The translations under genes were made by a program, and so were the position numbers. A stretch of 58,772 bases of DNA from Candidatus Woesearchaeota archaeon (GTDB lineage Archaea > Nanobdellota > Nanobdellia > Pacearchaeales > GW2011-AR1), in assembly GCA_964493655.1 (NCBI GenBank), contig CAZBOY010000001.1:1-58772 (forward strand), written 5' to 3'. Position 1 is the first letter of the stretch, and the number at the start of each line of letters is the position of its first letter. The notes beneath the pieces are model-generated. The model was not told where the DNA came from, ran no database searches, and saw only the letters and a program-made list of their open reading frames with translations. Positions 1-9,684 of this stretch are shown here, piece by piece.

Positions 1-2
1 GA

Positions 3-80
3 ATTGATAAAGAGGGTTTTGTTATTTATATTTGGAATCCTGAATTAATACAAAAATTCTTAAACAAAAAAAGATATTAA
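3..80 (+). CDS. 3' end of an ORF cut by the window edge (ends ...WNPELIQKFLNKKRY); possibly the antitoxin partner of the next gene
   Basis: Frame is open from the window start to TAA 78-80, 5 nt upstream of the RelE/ParE-like ORF. No motif recognised. Confidence 0.2.
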   Translation: MDKEGFVIYIWNPELIQKFLNKKRY

Positions 81-85
81 TCTTT

Positions 86-417
86 ATGGGGTTGATTAAA
101 CGTGCTGATGAAGTTATTTTTGCAGATGATAAAATTGAAGAGGCATTTAATTTATTGTCTGAAAAAGATTGGTTGAAGAAGGCAATCAAAAGGGTTATTG
201 AAATTTTAAAATATAATGTTTTTTCTGGGGAAAAATAAGAAAAGAATTAATTCCAAAGGAATATATTCAAAAATACAATATTGATAATTTATTTTGGTAT
301 AGGCTTCCGAAAGGTTGGAGATTAATTTATTCTGTTGCAGGAGATAATATTAAGGTTCTTGCAATTATAATTGAATATTTTGATCATAAAAATTATGAAA
401 GAAGGTTTAAATATTAA
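86..417 (+). pseudogene. RelE/ParE-superfamily toxin-like gene split by a frameshift in an A5 run
   Basis: ATG 86 runs to TAA 236-238 inside GGGGAAAAATAAG. The next frame continues to TAA 415-417 and encodes KELIPKEYIQKYNIDNLFWYRLPKGWRLIYSVAGDNIKVLAIIIEYFDHKNYERRFKY, a RelE/ParE-like C-terminal core. Adding one A to the run 231-235 joins both halves into ~110 aa. Confidence 0.5.
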
Positions 418-476
418 ACAACATAAACAAAATTCATTAACCAAAAATATAAATAGTTGTATTGTTAATAATAATT

Positions 477-692
477 ATGGCTGTTAGGAAGACTAAATTA
501 GAACCAGGAGATATTGAGAAGATGTTAAGGGGGGAAGGATTAGAGATTCAAGGAGATTCATCTGTAGGGGGGGTTCGCTATGAAGAATGTAATTCTTGTG
601 GAGGTAGGGTTGAAAGAACTCAGGGCGGGGGAGTTGTTCTTGAAAAATGTTCTAAATGTGGAGCACCTTATCATCGTCAGACATATGCTTAA
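477..692 (+). CDS. small zinc-ribbon protein (CNSCGG...CSKCGAPY)
   Basis: ATG at 477 inside the listed 462..692 ORF. Two CxxC pairs. AT-rich TATA-like box (AAATATAAATAG) ~25 nt upstream. Confidence 0.5.
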   Translation: MAVRKTKLEPGDIEKMLRGEGLEIQGDSSVGGVRYEECNSCGGRVERTQGGGVVLEKCSKCGAPYHRQTYA

Positions 693-810
693 ATGTGAGA
701 TTAATGAATAGGCTAGCTACTCTAAATCAACCTTGAGACATTACTAAATTTTAATTAATATAATCTGCGACGAAGTCGCCTAGATGTGCCTTAGCACTGA
801 ACTTAAAAAA

Positions 811-850
811 TTCACCAATCAAAAGTAGTAAGAAGAGTTTATAAGAAATA
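811..850 (+). promoter_or_regulatory. shared promoter-proximal motif, copy 1 (TTCACCAATCAAAAGTAGTAAGAAGAGTTTATAAGAAATA)
   Basis: The block AAAAGTAGTAAGAAG followed by a TTTATAA TATA-like box ends ~23 nt before ATG 868. The same block lies upstream of 1758, 7050 and 9726. Confidence 0.6.
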
Positions 851-867
851 ATGACGACAAAGTTAAA

Positions 868-1656
868 ATGAGGTGTGTAGCTATCTTGCTCTTAGCAGTT
901 GTGTTTTTATCTTCTTTTGTTTATGCTGGGGTTTATATTAATGAGGTTGAAGCGAATCCTGAAGGAAGCGAGACTAATGAATGGGTTGAACTTTATAATT
1001 CAGGAAATGTTGATATTGATTTAAGTGAATGGAAAATAATTGATGTCGGAGGAATTGAAGATGTTATTCCTTTTGGAACAATTATTCTAACAAAAGGTTT
1101 TTGGGTTTTTACAGAAGATATTTCTTCATTAAGTATAGATAACTCAAATGAACAAATAACCTTAAAAGATAAAACTGGAGAAATTATTGACATAACCCCC
1201 TTACTTAATGATGGGGGGGATGATAATAACACAAATCAACGAATCCCCGACGGAGTAGATAATTGGGAATTTAAAGAACAAACAAAAGGCAAATCAAACT
1301 CACCCCAAGAAAGCACAATAAGTTTTTCTTTATCTCCATTGATTTTTGGAAGTGTGAGCCAAGGGGGTTCGGTTATTAAAAATTCAGTAATAACATTACA
1401 TGAACCAAATAATGTTGATTTATCTTTTGAGATAAGTTTAGAAGAAGGAAGTATTTTTGAAAATCTTTTTTTTGATTTAAATGGCGACGATGTTTCTTCA
1501 GATGATGAACAATTAGATGAAACTCTTAATTATGATGTTGATGATTTAGAAGGAGAGTTTGAGATTAATTTGCCTGTGAGATTGAATATTCCTTTTGGCA
1601 GTGTTGCTGGAAAACATAATGGAAAAATTACATATACTGCAACTGAAAAAATATAA
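868..1656 (+). CDS. secreted lamin-tail-domain (LTD) protein with C-terminal beta-rich domain
   Basis: Signal peptide MRCVAILLLAVVFLSSFVYA. LTD signature INEVEANPEGSETNEWVELYNSG..IDLSEWKI. The C-terminal ISFSLSPLIFGSV... domain resembles the domains in 1758..2822 and 8694..9158. Confidence 0.8.
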   Translation: MRCVAILLLAVVFLSSFVYAGVYINEVEANPEGSETNEWVELYNSGNVDIDLSEWKIIDVGGIEDVIPFGTIILTKGFWVFTEDISSLSIDNSNEQITLKDKTGEIIDITPLLNDGGDDNNTNQRIPDGVDNWEFKEQTKGKSNSPQESTISFSLSPLIFGSVSQGGSVIKNSVITLHEPNNVDLSFEISLEEGSIFENLFFDLNGDDVSSDDEQLDETLNYDVDDLEGEFEINLPVRLNIPFGSVAGKHNGKITYTATEKI

Positions 1657-1696
1657 TTCATCAACTAAAAGTAGTAAGAAGAGTTTATAAAAAATA
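1657..1696 (+). promoter_or_regulatory. shared promoter-proximal motif, copy 2 (TTCATCAACTAAAAGTAGTAAGAAGAGTTTATAAAAAATA)
   Basis: Starts directly after the stop of 868..1656. A TATA-like box lies ~65 nt before ATG 1758, which has a GGGGGT Shine-Dalgarno-like site. Confidence 0.55.
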
Positions 1697-1757
1697 AAAC
1701 AATAAAAAAGTATTCCAATATTATACAATATTGAAAGGGGGTAAAAGGTAAAATAAA

Positions 1758-2822
1758 ATGAAAAAAATTTTAGTTTTTTTGGTTATGTTTGGGTTGATGT
1801 TTGGGTTGGTTGGGGCGGTTGATACAACTGCTATTACAACTTCTCGTTCTGCATCTGGTTTTGCTTTATCTCAGATTTCAGATGTCTGGGCAAATGGGGG
1901 TTCAAATTCTGCGAGATTATTTGCAGCATTAATAACTGGGCCAACAAATGAGGGAAGAGTTAGAATTGATTTTAATGAAGTGGTAACTTTGAATGATATT
2001 GAAAATATTTCCTGGATGCAATATGTAACAGAAGGTTATGCTTCTCATCTTGATTTATTTTTAGATATAGATTTTGATGGTGATGCCGACGAATCTTTAA
2101 ATTTTGAATATGATAAGGTTGCTCATCCTTCAGATCAATCAGTTGGAACTATGAATTATGCAAGAGATTCCTGGATAAATACTTTTGACGATAAAGGGAT
2201 TATTAATAATGGAGCACGTGCATGGTTAAATTCTGGAAGTCCAGGTTGTGGAAATAATGCCTATGATTGTGGAGGATTTATAGATGGATTGTTATCTGAA
2301 TGGAAAGCTGGAACTGCAGACGATTTAAGAATAAATGGTTCTACACGAGTTCTTGGATTTGAAATTGAAGTAGATGGTTGGATTGTAGAATCAGAAGCAT
2401 ATATAGATGATATTGTGATTAATGGAGTAGTTGTCGAAGCTTTTGAAGAATCACAAATTATAGAAGTAGATATTGATGAAGATATTTCTCTTTCAATAAG
2501 TCCTTCTACACTTGATTTTGGTGTTTTGAAAGCAGGAACAATTGATAATCCTGGTCAAAATATTATTTTTGATGCAACAGGAAGTAACACCGATGTTACT
2601 GTTGAAGTTCAAGGTGTAACTGGTTTTCCTTTTGAAACTGGATTAAAGTTTAATAGTCTTGTTCCAATAGGACAATCTGAAACTTTAAATTGTGTTGTTG
2701 TTGGTACTGCTTGTACATATAGTTCAGTAGAATGGACAACATCATTAACAATTCCAGCAGGAACTGTTTCAATGAATTATCAGGGAACTGTTGTTTACTT
2801 AGTTACTGGACCAACACCTTAA
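1758..2822 (+). CDS. secreted protein; C-terminal domain is paralogous to the 8694..9158 product (candidate surface-fibre or sheath subunit)
   Basis: Signal peptide MKKILVFLVMFGLMFGLVGA. The C-terminal ISLSISPSTLDFGVLKAGTIDNPGQNIIFDATGSN...GTVVYLVTG aligns with VVITPTNVEFGEVTAGSIDNLAKNGNIIIDPTGSN...GVVTYTITG. Confidence 0.75.
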   Translation: MKKILVFLVMFGLMFGLVGAVDTTAITTSRSASGFALSQISDVWANGGSNSARLFAALITGPTNEGRVRIDFNEVVTLNDIENISWMQYVTEGYASHLDLFLDIDFDGDADESLNFEYDKVAHPSDQSVGTMNYARDSWINTFDDKGIINNGARAWLNSGSPGCGNNAYDCGGFIDGLLSEWKAGTADDLRINGSTRVLGFEIEVDGWIVESEAYIDDIVINGVVVEAFEESQIIEVDIDEDISLSISPSTLDFGVLKAGTIDNPGQNIIFDATGSNTDVTVEVQGVTGFPFETGLKFNSLVPIGQSETLNCVVVGTACTYSSVEWTTSLTIPAGTVSMNYQGTVVYLVTGPTP

Positions 2823-2823
2823 A

Positions 2824-3516
2824 ATGAAAAACTTATTTATTATTTTTTTAATTATAATGATGGTGGGGCTAGCTGGGGCTAGTGGATTCTCACCATCAAG
2901 TTTAGTTTTTAATCTTGAACCAAATCAAGAAGAATGTCAGATGATAATTATAACTTCTGCTTCAGAAACAATTTCTGTTAATGACTATTGGGCTGAAAAT
3001 GAAAATGTGACTTGGAAAGTTAGTTTATTTAATTCAAGTGCAGGAGAACATAATTTGAATATTATTTATGATAACTCCTTGGGGGAAGGGGAGAGAGAAT
3101 TACAAGTTTGTCTTTCTGGTTCTGAATTAGGAGAGTATCATGGAGTTATAATAATGAAAGAAGAACAGCAGGGAAATTCTGTTGTTCAAATGGGGGTTTG
3201 GTTGAAGGTTGTTATTGAAGAAGTTGAGGAGATAGTTGAAGAACCTGTGGTTAATAATGAGGGTTCTGGAGGGAGGACTTCTCAAACTATATTTATCCCA
3301 AAGGAAAATACAACAGTTGAAACTAGTGGGGATTTAGAAAATCTTGATGAAGTAGAATCTGAAAGTTCGGATATTGAAAGTTCTGAAGAAGAATTTAAAT
3401 CTGGGATTACTGGGGCGGCGGTGGGTTTGTTAGATAGTAAAGGCTCTGTTGCAATTATTAGTTTAGTTGTTTTAGTTGTGATTGCAGTTGGAGTTTATGT
3501 AAGGAGAAATAAATGA
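2824..3516 (+). CDS. membrane-anchored beta-sandwich-like protein (signal peptide, Ig/PapD-like-looking domain, acidic linker, C-terminal TM)
   Basis: Starts 1 nt after the upstream stop. FSPSSLVFNLEPNQEECQMIIITS..., an E/S-rich linker, and a TM helix followed by RRNK. Close paralog of 9160..9684. Confidence 0.75.
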   Translation: MKNLFIIFLIIMMVGLAGASGFSPSSLVFNLEPNQEECQMIIITSASETISVNDYWAENENVTWKVSLFNSSAGEHNLNIIYDNSLGEGERELQVCLSGSELGEYHGVIIMKEEQQGNSVVQMGVWLKVVIEEVEEIVEEPVVNNEGSGGRTSQTIFIPKENTTVETSGDLENLDEVESESSDIESSEEEFKSGITGAAVGLLDSKGSVAIISLVVLVVIAVGVYVRRNK

Positions 3517-5903
3517 AGAAAATATTATTAATATCTTTTGGAATAATCCTAATTAGTTTGCTCTTTGCTTCAGCATTAGGAAAACATCAAAATGTTTATG
3601 TTTATGTTGCAAATGAAACACATGTTCAGAATGAAACATTTCCAAGCTGTGCATTTGCATCTGACAACCTAACACTAAGTTCAAATATAATCTGGGGTGA
3701 GTGCACTCAAGAAGTGTGGGCAAGTGTAAAAATTGGCTCGCAAGATGGGGAAAACTTCACAGCAACTATAGATGGGGGAAATAAATATTATGTAATAATC
3801 CCTCCTAATTTTTCAAATTCCGGAACAAATTTAATTTTTCAATTTTTTGCAAAAGATTGCTTCAACTTTACATATAATGGAAGCGAGAATTCTTTTTACA
3901 TAAGGAATAATACAAAATTAAATGTTAATCCTGAAAACCCAGATGGACTAAATAACTGGTATGTTAACGAACCGATATTTTCTTTAGAAAAAGATGAATC
4001 TGGAAATGATAGTTATTATCAATGGGATTCTACAGGACCTATTCCATATAGTTCTCCTTTTGGTTTAGAAGATATTCCAAACTCCCCACCAAAAGAATCT
4101 GCAGGAACCCTAGAATTAAATTGGTGGACAGATTTTGGTGAGTGTGGAAACGAAAGTAAACAAACTAAAGTTTTTTATGTTGATTTAATCAATCCTCAAA
4201 TTGATAATATTTTTCCCTTAGGAAATTTAATTAATAATCTTAATCCAGTTATCTCTGCTTATTTAGACGAAGTTTATGAAAGTAATTCAGGGATTAATAG
4301 AGACAGTGTTGTAATGAAACTTGATGGTGTGGAGGTTTCTGCAATTGTTGAAAAGCAAGGTTCTATTGATGCAGTCGTTAGTTATCAAACAGAAGAACTA
4401 TCCCAAGGAATTCATGGGGTAGAGATTTATGTTGAAGATAATGCCGGCAGAATAAATCAAACATCCTGGGAATTTTTTGTTATCTTAACCCCAATTTATG
4501 ACTTGCAGATTTTTTCACCAGTAGAAGATATCTATGATTCAAAAAGAATCCAGTTTAACATAAGTTCTGAAAAAGAATTAGATTTAATTGAATATATTGA
4601 TTGGTCTTCTAATAATCCGCGATGGAAAAGATTATGCTCTGATTGTGATGAATATGGATATGATAAAGCAAGAACTAAAACTTTTACAGACGGAGAGCAT
4701 AGTATAACAATTAGAACAATAGATTTGTTTGAGCAGATAAATGAAAAAAATATAAGTTTTTTTATTGATTCCAGAGCACCAAGAGTCTCAAAAACAGAAC
4801 CAAAGAGAGGATTTGCTTCTGGCTTGTTTGAAATTGAGTTTGAAGAAGATAATCCTAAAGAGATGTGGTTAAATTATGGAAATAGTTTTGGGGAGGGTTA
4901 TAGAAATGCTGAAGTTGATTTGAGTGAGTGTGTTATGGATAGAAGATATACTCAGTGTAATATCACAGTGAACTTATCAGATTATGATGGGCAAGAGATT
5001 GAGTATTGGTTTAATATTAGTGATAAGGCGGGGAATACAGATGAATCAAGGCATGAAGATTTAGATGTTGATGTTTCATTTCCAAAAATTAATAATCTTA
5101 CTTATGAAATAGATGGTAAATCTGTTTATTTTATTATTAATATTACTGAACCATATTTAGATGAGGTTAGTTACTTTTATCATGATGGCCAAGGAAGAGA
5201 AAGAAGATTATGTTCTAGATTAAAAGAGGGAATTTGCGAGAAAAAAGTATCTTTTGGAGAAGGTTATCATAATATCACAATTAATGTTATTGATGAAGTT
5301 GAGAATAAGGTTAGTGAGAATGTTTCATTATTTATTGATTCAAAACCCCCAAGAATCTCAAAAACAGAACCAAAGAGAAATCAAGTTACAAATGGCTCTG
5401 ACTTTTTGATAAAATATACAGAGGATAATCTAAAAGAAGTTTCAATTAGTTTTAATCCTGAAACTCCCTTAGAGCAATGTGATGAATCTGGAAGAAATGT
5501 GGAGTGTTTATTTGATTTAAATTTAAATGCTTATGACGGAGAGTGGGTTGAATACTGGTTTAATGTTTCTGATGAGGTTAATACTGTTGGTTCAAGAATC
5601 ACAAGAGTTTTTGTTGATACAACATCTCCTGAATTGAATTTGATTATGCCTTTGGGGGAAGTTTATGGTACAAGAAGAATTAATTTTATGATAGATGTAA
5701 GTGAAGAGGTTAAACTTGAATATAGGGATGAAAAAGATAGCAACCCAAGATGGAGAACTTTATGCACAAGATGTGAGGAATATGGAATCTCAAGAACAAA
5801 AACAAAATCCTTTAAAAAAGGAGAACATGAATTAATAATTCGGGCAAGTGATAAAGCAGGGAACACTGACGAAGAGATAATTAATTTTGAAGTTGACTAT
5901 TAG
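3513..5903 (+). CDS. large secreted multi-domain (tandem Ig-like) surface protein
   Basis: ATGA overlap with the upstream gene and a signal peptide. Internal duplications: IDSRAPRVSKTEPKR / IDSKPPRISKTEPKR, and NPRWKRLCSDCDEYG / NPRWRTLCTRCEEYG. Confidence 0.8.
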   Translation: MKKILLISFGIILISLLFASALGKHQNVYVYVANETHVQNETFPSCAFASDNLTLSSNIIWGECTQEVWASVKIGSQDGENFTATIDGGNKYYVIIPPNFSNSGTNLIFQFFAKDCFNFTYNGSENSFYIRNNTKLNVNPENPDGLNNWYVNEPIFSLEKDESGNDSYYQWDSTGPIPYSSPFGLEDIPNSPPKESAGTLELNWWTDFGECGNESKQTKVFYVDLINPQIDNIFPLGNLINNLNPVISAYLDEVYESNSGINRDSVVMKLDGVEVSAIVEKQGSIDAVVSYQTEELSQGIHGVEIYVEDNAGRINQTSWEFFVILTPIYDLQIFSPVEDIYDSKRIQFNISSEKELDLIEYIDWSSNNPRWKRLCSDCDEYGYDKARTKTFTDGEHSITIRTIDLFEQINEKNISFFIDSRAPRVSKTEPKRGFASGLFEIEFEEDNPKEMWLNYGNSFGEGYRNAEVDLSECVMDRRYTQCNITVNLSDYDGQEIEYWFNISDKAGNTDESRHEDLDVDVSFPKINNLTYEIDGKSVYFIINITEPYLDEVSYFYHDGQGRERRLCSRLKEGICEKKVSFGEGYHNITINVIDEVENKVSENVSLFIDSKPPRISKTEPKRNQVTNGSDFLIKYTEDNLKEVSISFNPETPLEQCDESGRNVECLFDLNLNAYDGEWVEYWFNVSDEVNTVGSRITRVFVDTTSPELNLIMPLGEVYGTRRINFMIDVSEEVKLEYRDEKDSNPRWRTLCTRCEEYGISRTKTKSFKKGEHELIIRASDKAGNTDEEIINFEVDY

Positions 5904-5963
5904 AAATTAGGAAGATTGAAAGGACAGAAAACCTTAAAAAGCATTGTTTCATAATTGGTACAT

Positions 5964-6521
5964 ATGGTTCAAAATAAAAACATAGAGTTAGAGATAATTT
6001 TAAATCTTATAAAAGATAAATCTCATTTAAGAGAAATCTCCAGGTCTATTGGAAAACCCCCTTCAACAGTTTTGAGAAATCTTAATGAACTTGTAAAAGA
6101 AAATATTATTGATTATCGGCAAGAAGGTAAAAATAAAATCTTTTTTATAAAAAATAATTTAAAATCTAAAAATTATGTTTATTCTGCAGAAATTTATAAG
6201 CTGAACAAATTGCTGAAAAAAAATCCTGAATTAGCTATAATCTTCGAGGACATAAAAAATTCTTTTTCAAAAGGCATGATAATTTTATTCGGCAGTTATG
6301 CCAAGGGAAACCCAAAAACAGATAGTGATATTGATGTATATTTAGAAACAGAGGATAATAAGATAAAAAATAAAATAAAAGAATTGAACCAGAAACTAAG
6401 TGTAAAAATTGGAGAGTTTGATTCAACTTCATTATTAATAAAAGAAATAATTAAGAATCATGTTATTGTGAGGGGGGTAGAGGAATATTATGAACAAAAT
6501 AATTTTTTTAAAGAAACTTAA
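5964..6521 (+). CDS. MNT-type nucleotidyltransferase antitoxin with N-terminal wHTH
   Basis: LFGSYAKGNPKTDSDIDVYL (GS..x..DxD minimal nucleotidyltransferase motif). HTH-like LREISRSIGKPPSTVLRNLNELV. ATG at 5964 within the listed ORF. Confidence 0.8.
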   Translation: MVQNKNIELEIILNLIKDKSHLREISRSIGKPPSTVLRNLNELVKENIIDYRQEGKNKIFFIKNNLKSKNYVYSAEIYKLNKLLKKNPELAIIFEDIKNSFSKGMIILFGSYAKGNPKTDSDIDVYLETEDNKIKNKIKELNQKLSVKIGEFDSTSLLIKEIIKNHVIVRGVEEYYEQNNFFKET

Positions 6522-6984
6522 ATATGCAGGAAAATTAGAACTTGTTGAACCTTCTGAAGAAATGAAATTGTCTTATTTGACCAAAGCTGAAAATTGTCTC
6601 AAATCTTCTAAGATTCTATTTCAAAATGAGCTTTATGAAAACTCCACATCAGAGGCATATTATTGCATTTATAATTCCTTACTTGCTTTGTTATTTAAAA
6701 TAGGAATTAAATCTGAAAACCATTCTGCATCTATTTTCTTATTTGACAAACTATTTGATAATAAAGAATTGGTAAAAATAGTATTATGGGCAAAAAAAGA
6801 AAGAATAGATAAACAATATTATGTTGAAACTCAACAAATTCTCAAGGCAACAAAAGAATCTTGCAATGAAATGATCCTAAAGGCAGAAGATTTTCTGTTA
6901 AGATTAAGAGTTATTGTGAGTGAACTAAACAATGAAAAAATAATAGGGATTAGAAAACTTTTTGAGGAATTATTAGGGAATTAA
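6490..6984 (+). CDS. HEPN-domain protein, partner of the MNT gene
   Basis: Overlaps the MNT gene by 32 nt. All-helical ~160 aa protein with a HEPN-like layout (AENCLKSSKILF...ENHSASIF...KKERIDKQYY). I did not see a classical Rx4-6H motif. Confidence 0.6.
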   Translation: MNKIIFLKKLKYAGKLELVEPSEEMKLSYLTKAENCLKSSKILFQNELYENSTSEAYYCIYNSLLALLFKIGIKSENHSASIFLFDKLFDNKELVKIVLWAKKERIDKQYYVETQQILKATKESCNEMILKAEDFLLRLRVIVSELNNEKIIGIRKLFEELLGN

Positions 6985-6989
6985 ATTTT

Positions 6990-7028
6990 TTCACCAAACA
7001 AAAGTAGTAAGAAGTATTTATAAAAAAA
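6990..7028 (+). promoter_or_regulatory. shared promoter-proximal motif, copy 3 (TTCACCAAACAAAAGTAGTAAGAAGTATTTATAAAAAAA)
   Basis: Same AAAAGTAGTAAGAAG block plus a TATA-like box ~25-30 nt before ATG 7050. Confidence 0.6.
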
Positions 7029-7049
7029 GGATGTGTAGTAAAAAAGAAA

Positions 7050-8114
7050 ATGAAAAAGGTGATGGTTGTTTTCTTGCTTGGAATATTTTTAATCAGCTTG
7101 GTTTCTGCAACAAATGTGGCTTATGTTTTGCGAAATCCTGAAAGAGCTGATGCTGGATTTTTGAATGCTTTTAGTGAACTTGGGTTGAATGTTGATTTGA
7201 TTAATGATGGGGATGTTAGGGTTACGGATTTTTCTGGTTATGATTTGATTTTTGTTGGCGACGAGAGATTGAGAAATGCTAAGTATCTTCCGATTGATTC
7301 TGTTTCAAATGTGATTGTAAATGGATATTATGGAAAATTATTTGGCTTGCTTGAAAAAGGTAGAATGTCAAAACTTGCTGCAAATCATCCTCTTAAAATT
7401 AAACAAAATGGCGACGTTGTAAAAGCATATACCACTGCAGAATATCGTGGGAGGAGAATAAATCTTCCTTATTATTTTATCCCAGAGAAATATAAAAAAG
7501 AAAACTCGCAATCAATTGCGACAACTTTTGTAGGATATAAAAAAGAGCTAGGGGATGTTATTTCTTATCTTGATGGGGATGTAAGAAAATGTTTTTTTGG
7601 AATAACTAAAACAAAATATTGGACAGAGGATTCCCGAGAATTGTTTAAAGATTGTGTTGGTTTTGCTATTAGTGGGGAGAATTCTGGAGATGACGACGAT
7701 GAAATAGAAGATGGTATTCATGATGTAGAAATTGTAGAAGATTATGTAAATAGTGTGAATGGGATAAGGATTAAAAATGATGAAACCGGAGAATATTTGT
7801 TAGATGAGATTTCTTCTTTAATGTGTGGAGAAAAATATAAGGTTGATTTTAAGACTTTGAATGTTGGTGATTATACTGAAGATGTTTTAATTTCTGGGTC
7901 TGTTAATGGGTTTGAATGGGGTAGGACTAAAGAAGGGCTTGAATCTGGAAAATCAACAACAACTGGTTCAAAAACAATTACAATAAATGAAGATTTTCCA
8001 ATTGGAACTTATACAATTGAGATTCAAGCATTAATTGAAGAAGATGTAACACCTGAAAATAATATTCGTTCTCGAGATGTTAATGTTGTTTGTCTTGCGA
8101 AAATGGATCAATAA
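7050..8114 (+). CDS. secreted protein: conserved N-terminal alpha/beta-like domain plus C-terminal CARDB-like domain
   Basis: Signal peptide. The N-terminal ~200 aa are paralogous to the N-terminus of 9726..13223 (VAYVLRNP...DLIFVGDERLRN...SKLAANHPL). The C-terminal HDVEIVEDY...PENNIRSRDVNVVC is CARDB-like. Confidence 0.75.
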   Translation: MKKVMVVFLLGIFLISLVSATNVAYVLRNPERADAGFLNAFSELGLNVDLINDGDVRVTDFSGYDLIFVGDERLRNAKYLPIDSVSNVIVNGYYGKLFGLLEKGRMSKLAANHPLKIKQNGDVVKAYTTAEYRGRRINLPYYFIPEKYKKENSQSIATTFVGYKKELGDVISYLDGDVRKCFFGITKTKYWTEDSRELFKDCVGFAISGENSGDDDDEIEDGIHDVEIVEDYVNSVNGIRIKNDETGEYLLDEISSLMCGEKYKVDFKTLNVGDYTEDVLISGSVNGFEWGRTKEGLESGKSTTTGSKTITINEDFPIGTYTIEIQALIEEDVTPENNIRSRDVNVVCLAKMDQ

Positions 8115-8145
8115 GGATTTTATTAATCTTCAAAAGATTTCTGCT

Positions 8146-8250
8146 TAGGAGCTGACTAATTTAATCTTTATAGTGCCTGATGAAATTTTTCCATATCTTA
8201 AATAGGGTTGGGAAAAATTTCCGCAGAAGCTTCCTAAAGCATTATCACTA
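8146..8250 (+). repeat. nested-palindrome hairpin element, copy 1
   Basis: Stem 8182-8192 GAAATTTTTCC pairs with 8211-8221 GGAAAAATTTC; 18-nt loop starts ATATCTTA. Right flank is CGCAGAAGCTTCCTAAAGCATTATCAC. Confidence 0.75.
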
Positions 8251-8320
8251 AAACTACATCGAGTATTTTGCCAATTCATAAACCCTAATTTTTATTAATA
8301 ACTAACTTATCTTCAACTGG

Positions 8321-8425
8321 TTAGCTGACTGTTTTTTGTTGGTGGTTGTTGCGGAAATTTACCCTTATCTTATTTTTTGTTGGGGGTAAATTTCACCAGA
8401 GGTTTTGAAGAGCACTAAGCTTAAT
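8321..8425 (+). repeat. nested-palindrome hairpin element, copy 2 (in tandem with copy 1)
   Basis: Stem 8354-8364 GAAATTTACCC pairs with 8384-8394 GGGTAAATTTC; loop starts TTATCTTA. Flanks are TTAGCTGACTG...TTGGTGG and TTTTGAAGAGCACTAAGC. Confidence 0.75.
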
Positions 8426-8693
8426 ACTAACACAAAAAGATTTTTTAAATAATAAATCTCATAGAAAACTTTCCTTTAAACTTAGTCAGAAGGATTATTT
8501 ATTTATTCAGTTTTTGGTCTTTTGGAGGGATGTCTTTGGGAGAATCATTAACTTGTGCTGTGGGTTAATTGGGTTAATTCATCGAAATTTAGTAGTGCTA
8601 TAAATTTATATATGTAACTATTTCTAAATTAAAACAGAAAATGGAACTGACAAAGGAATTTATGATAAATAGTATTGAAAGGAGGTATAATAA

Positions 8694-9158
8694 ATGAGAA
8701 AAATTTTAGTTTTATTGATGACTCTTAGTATTTTAACTTTGATGTTTTCTTTATCTAATGTTATTGCCTTAAGCCAAGGTTTAAGTGTTACAATTAAGGA
8801 GGATTTAAATGTTGTAATCACTCCTACAAATGTTGAATTTGGAGAAGTAACTGCAGGAAGTATAGATAATCTTGCTAAGAACGGAAACATTATTATTGAC
8901 CCAACTGGAAGTAATGTTAAAACTATTTATGTTTATGTTTCTGTTGATGAAATAGAACCTTTTAAAACCGGGCTTAAGTTCGATGGAAGATTAGCAGATG
9001 GATTAAATTATGATTTGATATGCATAGAAAATCCATGGGAACACATTCCAAAAATTATTAAACCAACATTGGATGTTCCTTTAGGAGCATATGCAGGTAC
9101 AATATCTGGGGTAGTTACTTATACAATTACTGGAAGTTCGCCACCAGTTCATACATAA
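8694..9158 (+). CDS. small secreted beta-rich protein, paralog of the C-terminal domain of 1758..2822 (candidate fibre subunit)
   Basis: Strong SD (GGAGGT) 8 nt upstream, signal peptide, and the shared FGxVxAGSIDN...DPTGSN...GxVTYTITG motifs. Confidence 0.8.
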   Translation: MRKILVLLMTLSILTLMFSLSNVIALSQGLSVTIKEDLNVVITPTNVEFGEVTAGSIDNLAKNGNIIIDPTGSNVKTIYVYVSVDEIEPFKTGLKFDGRLADGLNYDLICIENPWEHIPKIIKPTLDVPLGAYAGTISGVVTYTITGSSPPVHT

Positions 9159-9159
9159 A

Positions 9160-9684
9160 ATGAAAACATTATTTTTTATTTTTTTAATTATAATGATGGT
9201 GGGGCTAGCTGGGGCTAGTGGATTCTCACCATCAAGTTTGGTTTTTAATCTTGGACCTAATCAAGAAGAATGCCAAATAATAACAATCACCTCTAATTCA
9301 CTGACGATAAATGTGGATGATAAATGGGCTACTAATAGTGATGTTGAATGGAAAGTAAGTTTGTTTAATTCAAGTGCAGAAGAACATAATCTAAATATTA
9401 ATTATGATAACTCCTTGGGGGAAGAGGAGAGAGAATTACAAGTTTGTCTTTCTGGTTCTGAATTAGGAGAATATCATGGAGTTATAATAATGAAAGAAGA
9501 ACAGCAGGGAAATTCTGTTGTGCAAATGGGGGTTTGGTTGAAGGTTGTGGTTGCAGAAAATATTGATAAAAATATTGATAAAACAATTATCTTGGGGGTG
9601 CTCTTTATTTTAATTATGATATCTTTTTTGTTTTTGATTAAAAAGAAAAGTAAGGGTGTAAGTTATTTCATCAAAACCCAGTAG
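9160..9684 (+). CDS. membrane-anchored beta-sandwich-like protein, paralog of 2824..3516
   Basis: Starts 1 nt after the upstream stop. A 62-bp run is identical to 2842-2903, and ~200 bp (9349-9548) is near-identical to 3013-3212. The C-terminal TM anchor differs. Confidence 0.8.
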   Translation: MKTLFFIFLIIMMVGLAGASGFSPSSLVFNLGPNQEECQIITITSNSLTINVDDKWATNSDVEWKVSLFNSSAEEHNLNINYDNSLGEEERELQVCLSGSELGEYHGVIIMKEEQQGNSVVQMGVWLKVVVAENIDKNIDKTIILGVLFILIMISFLFLIKKKSKGVSYFIKTQ

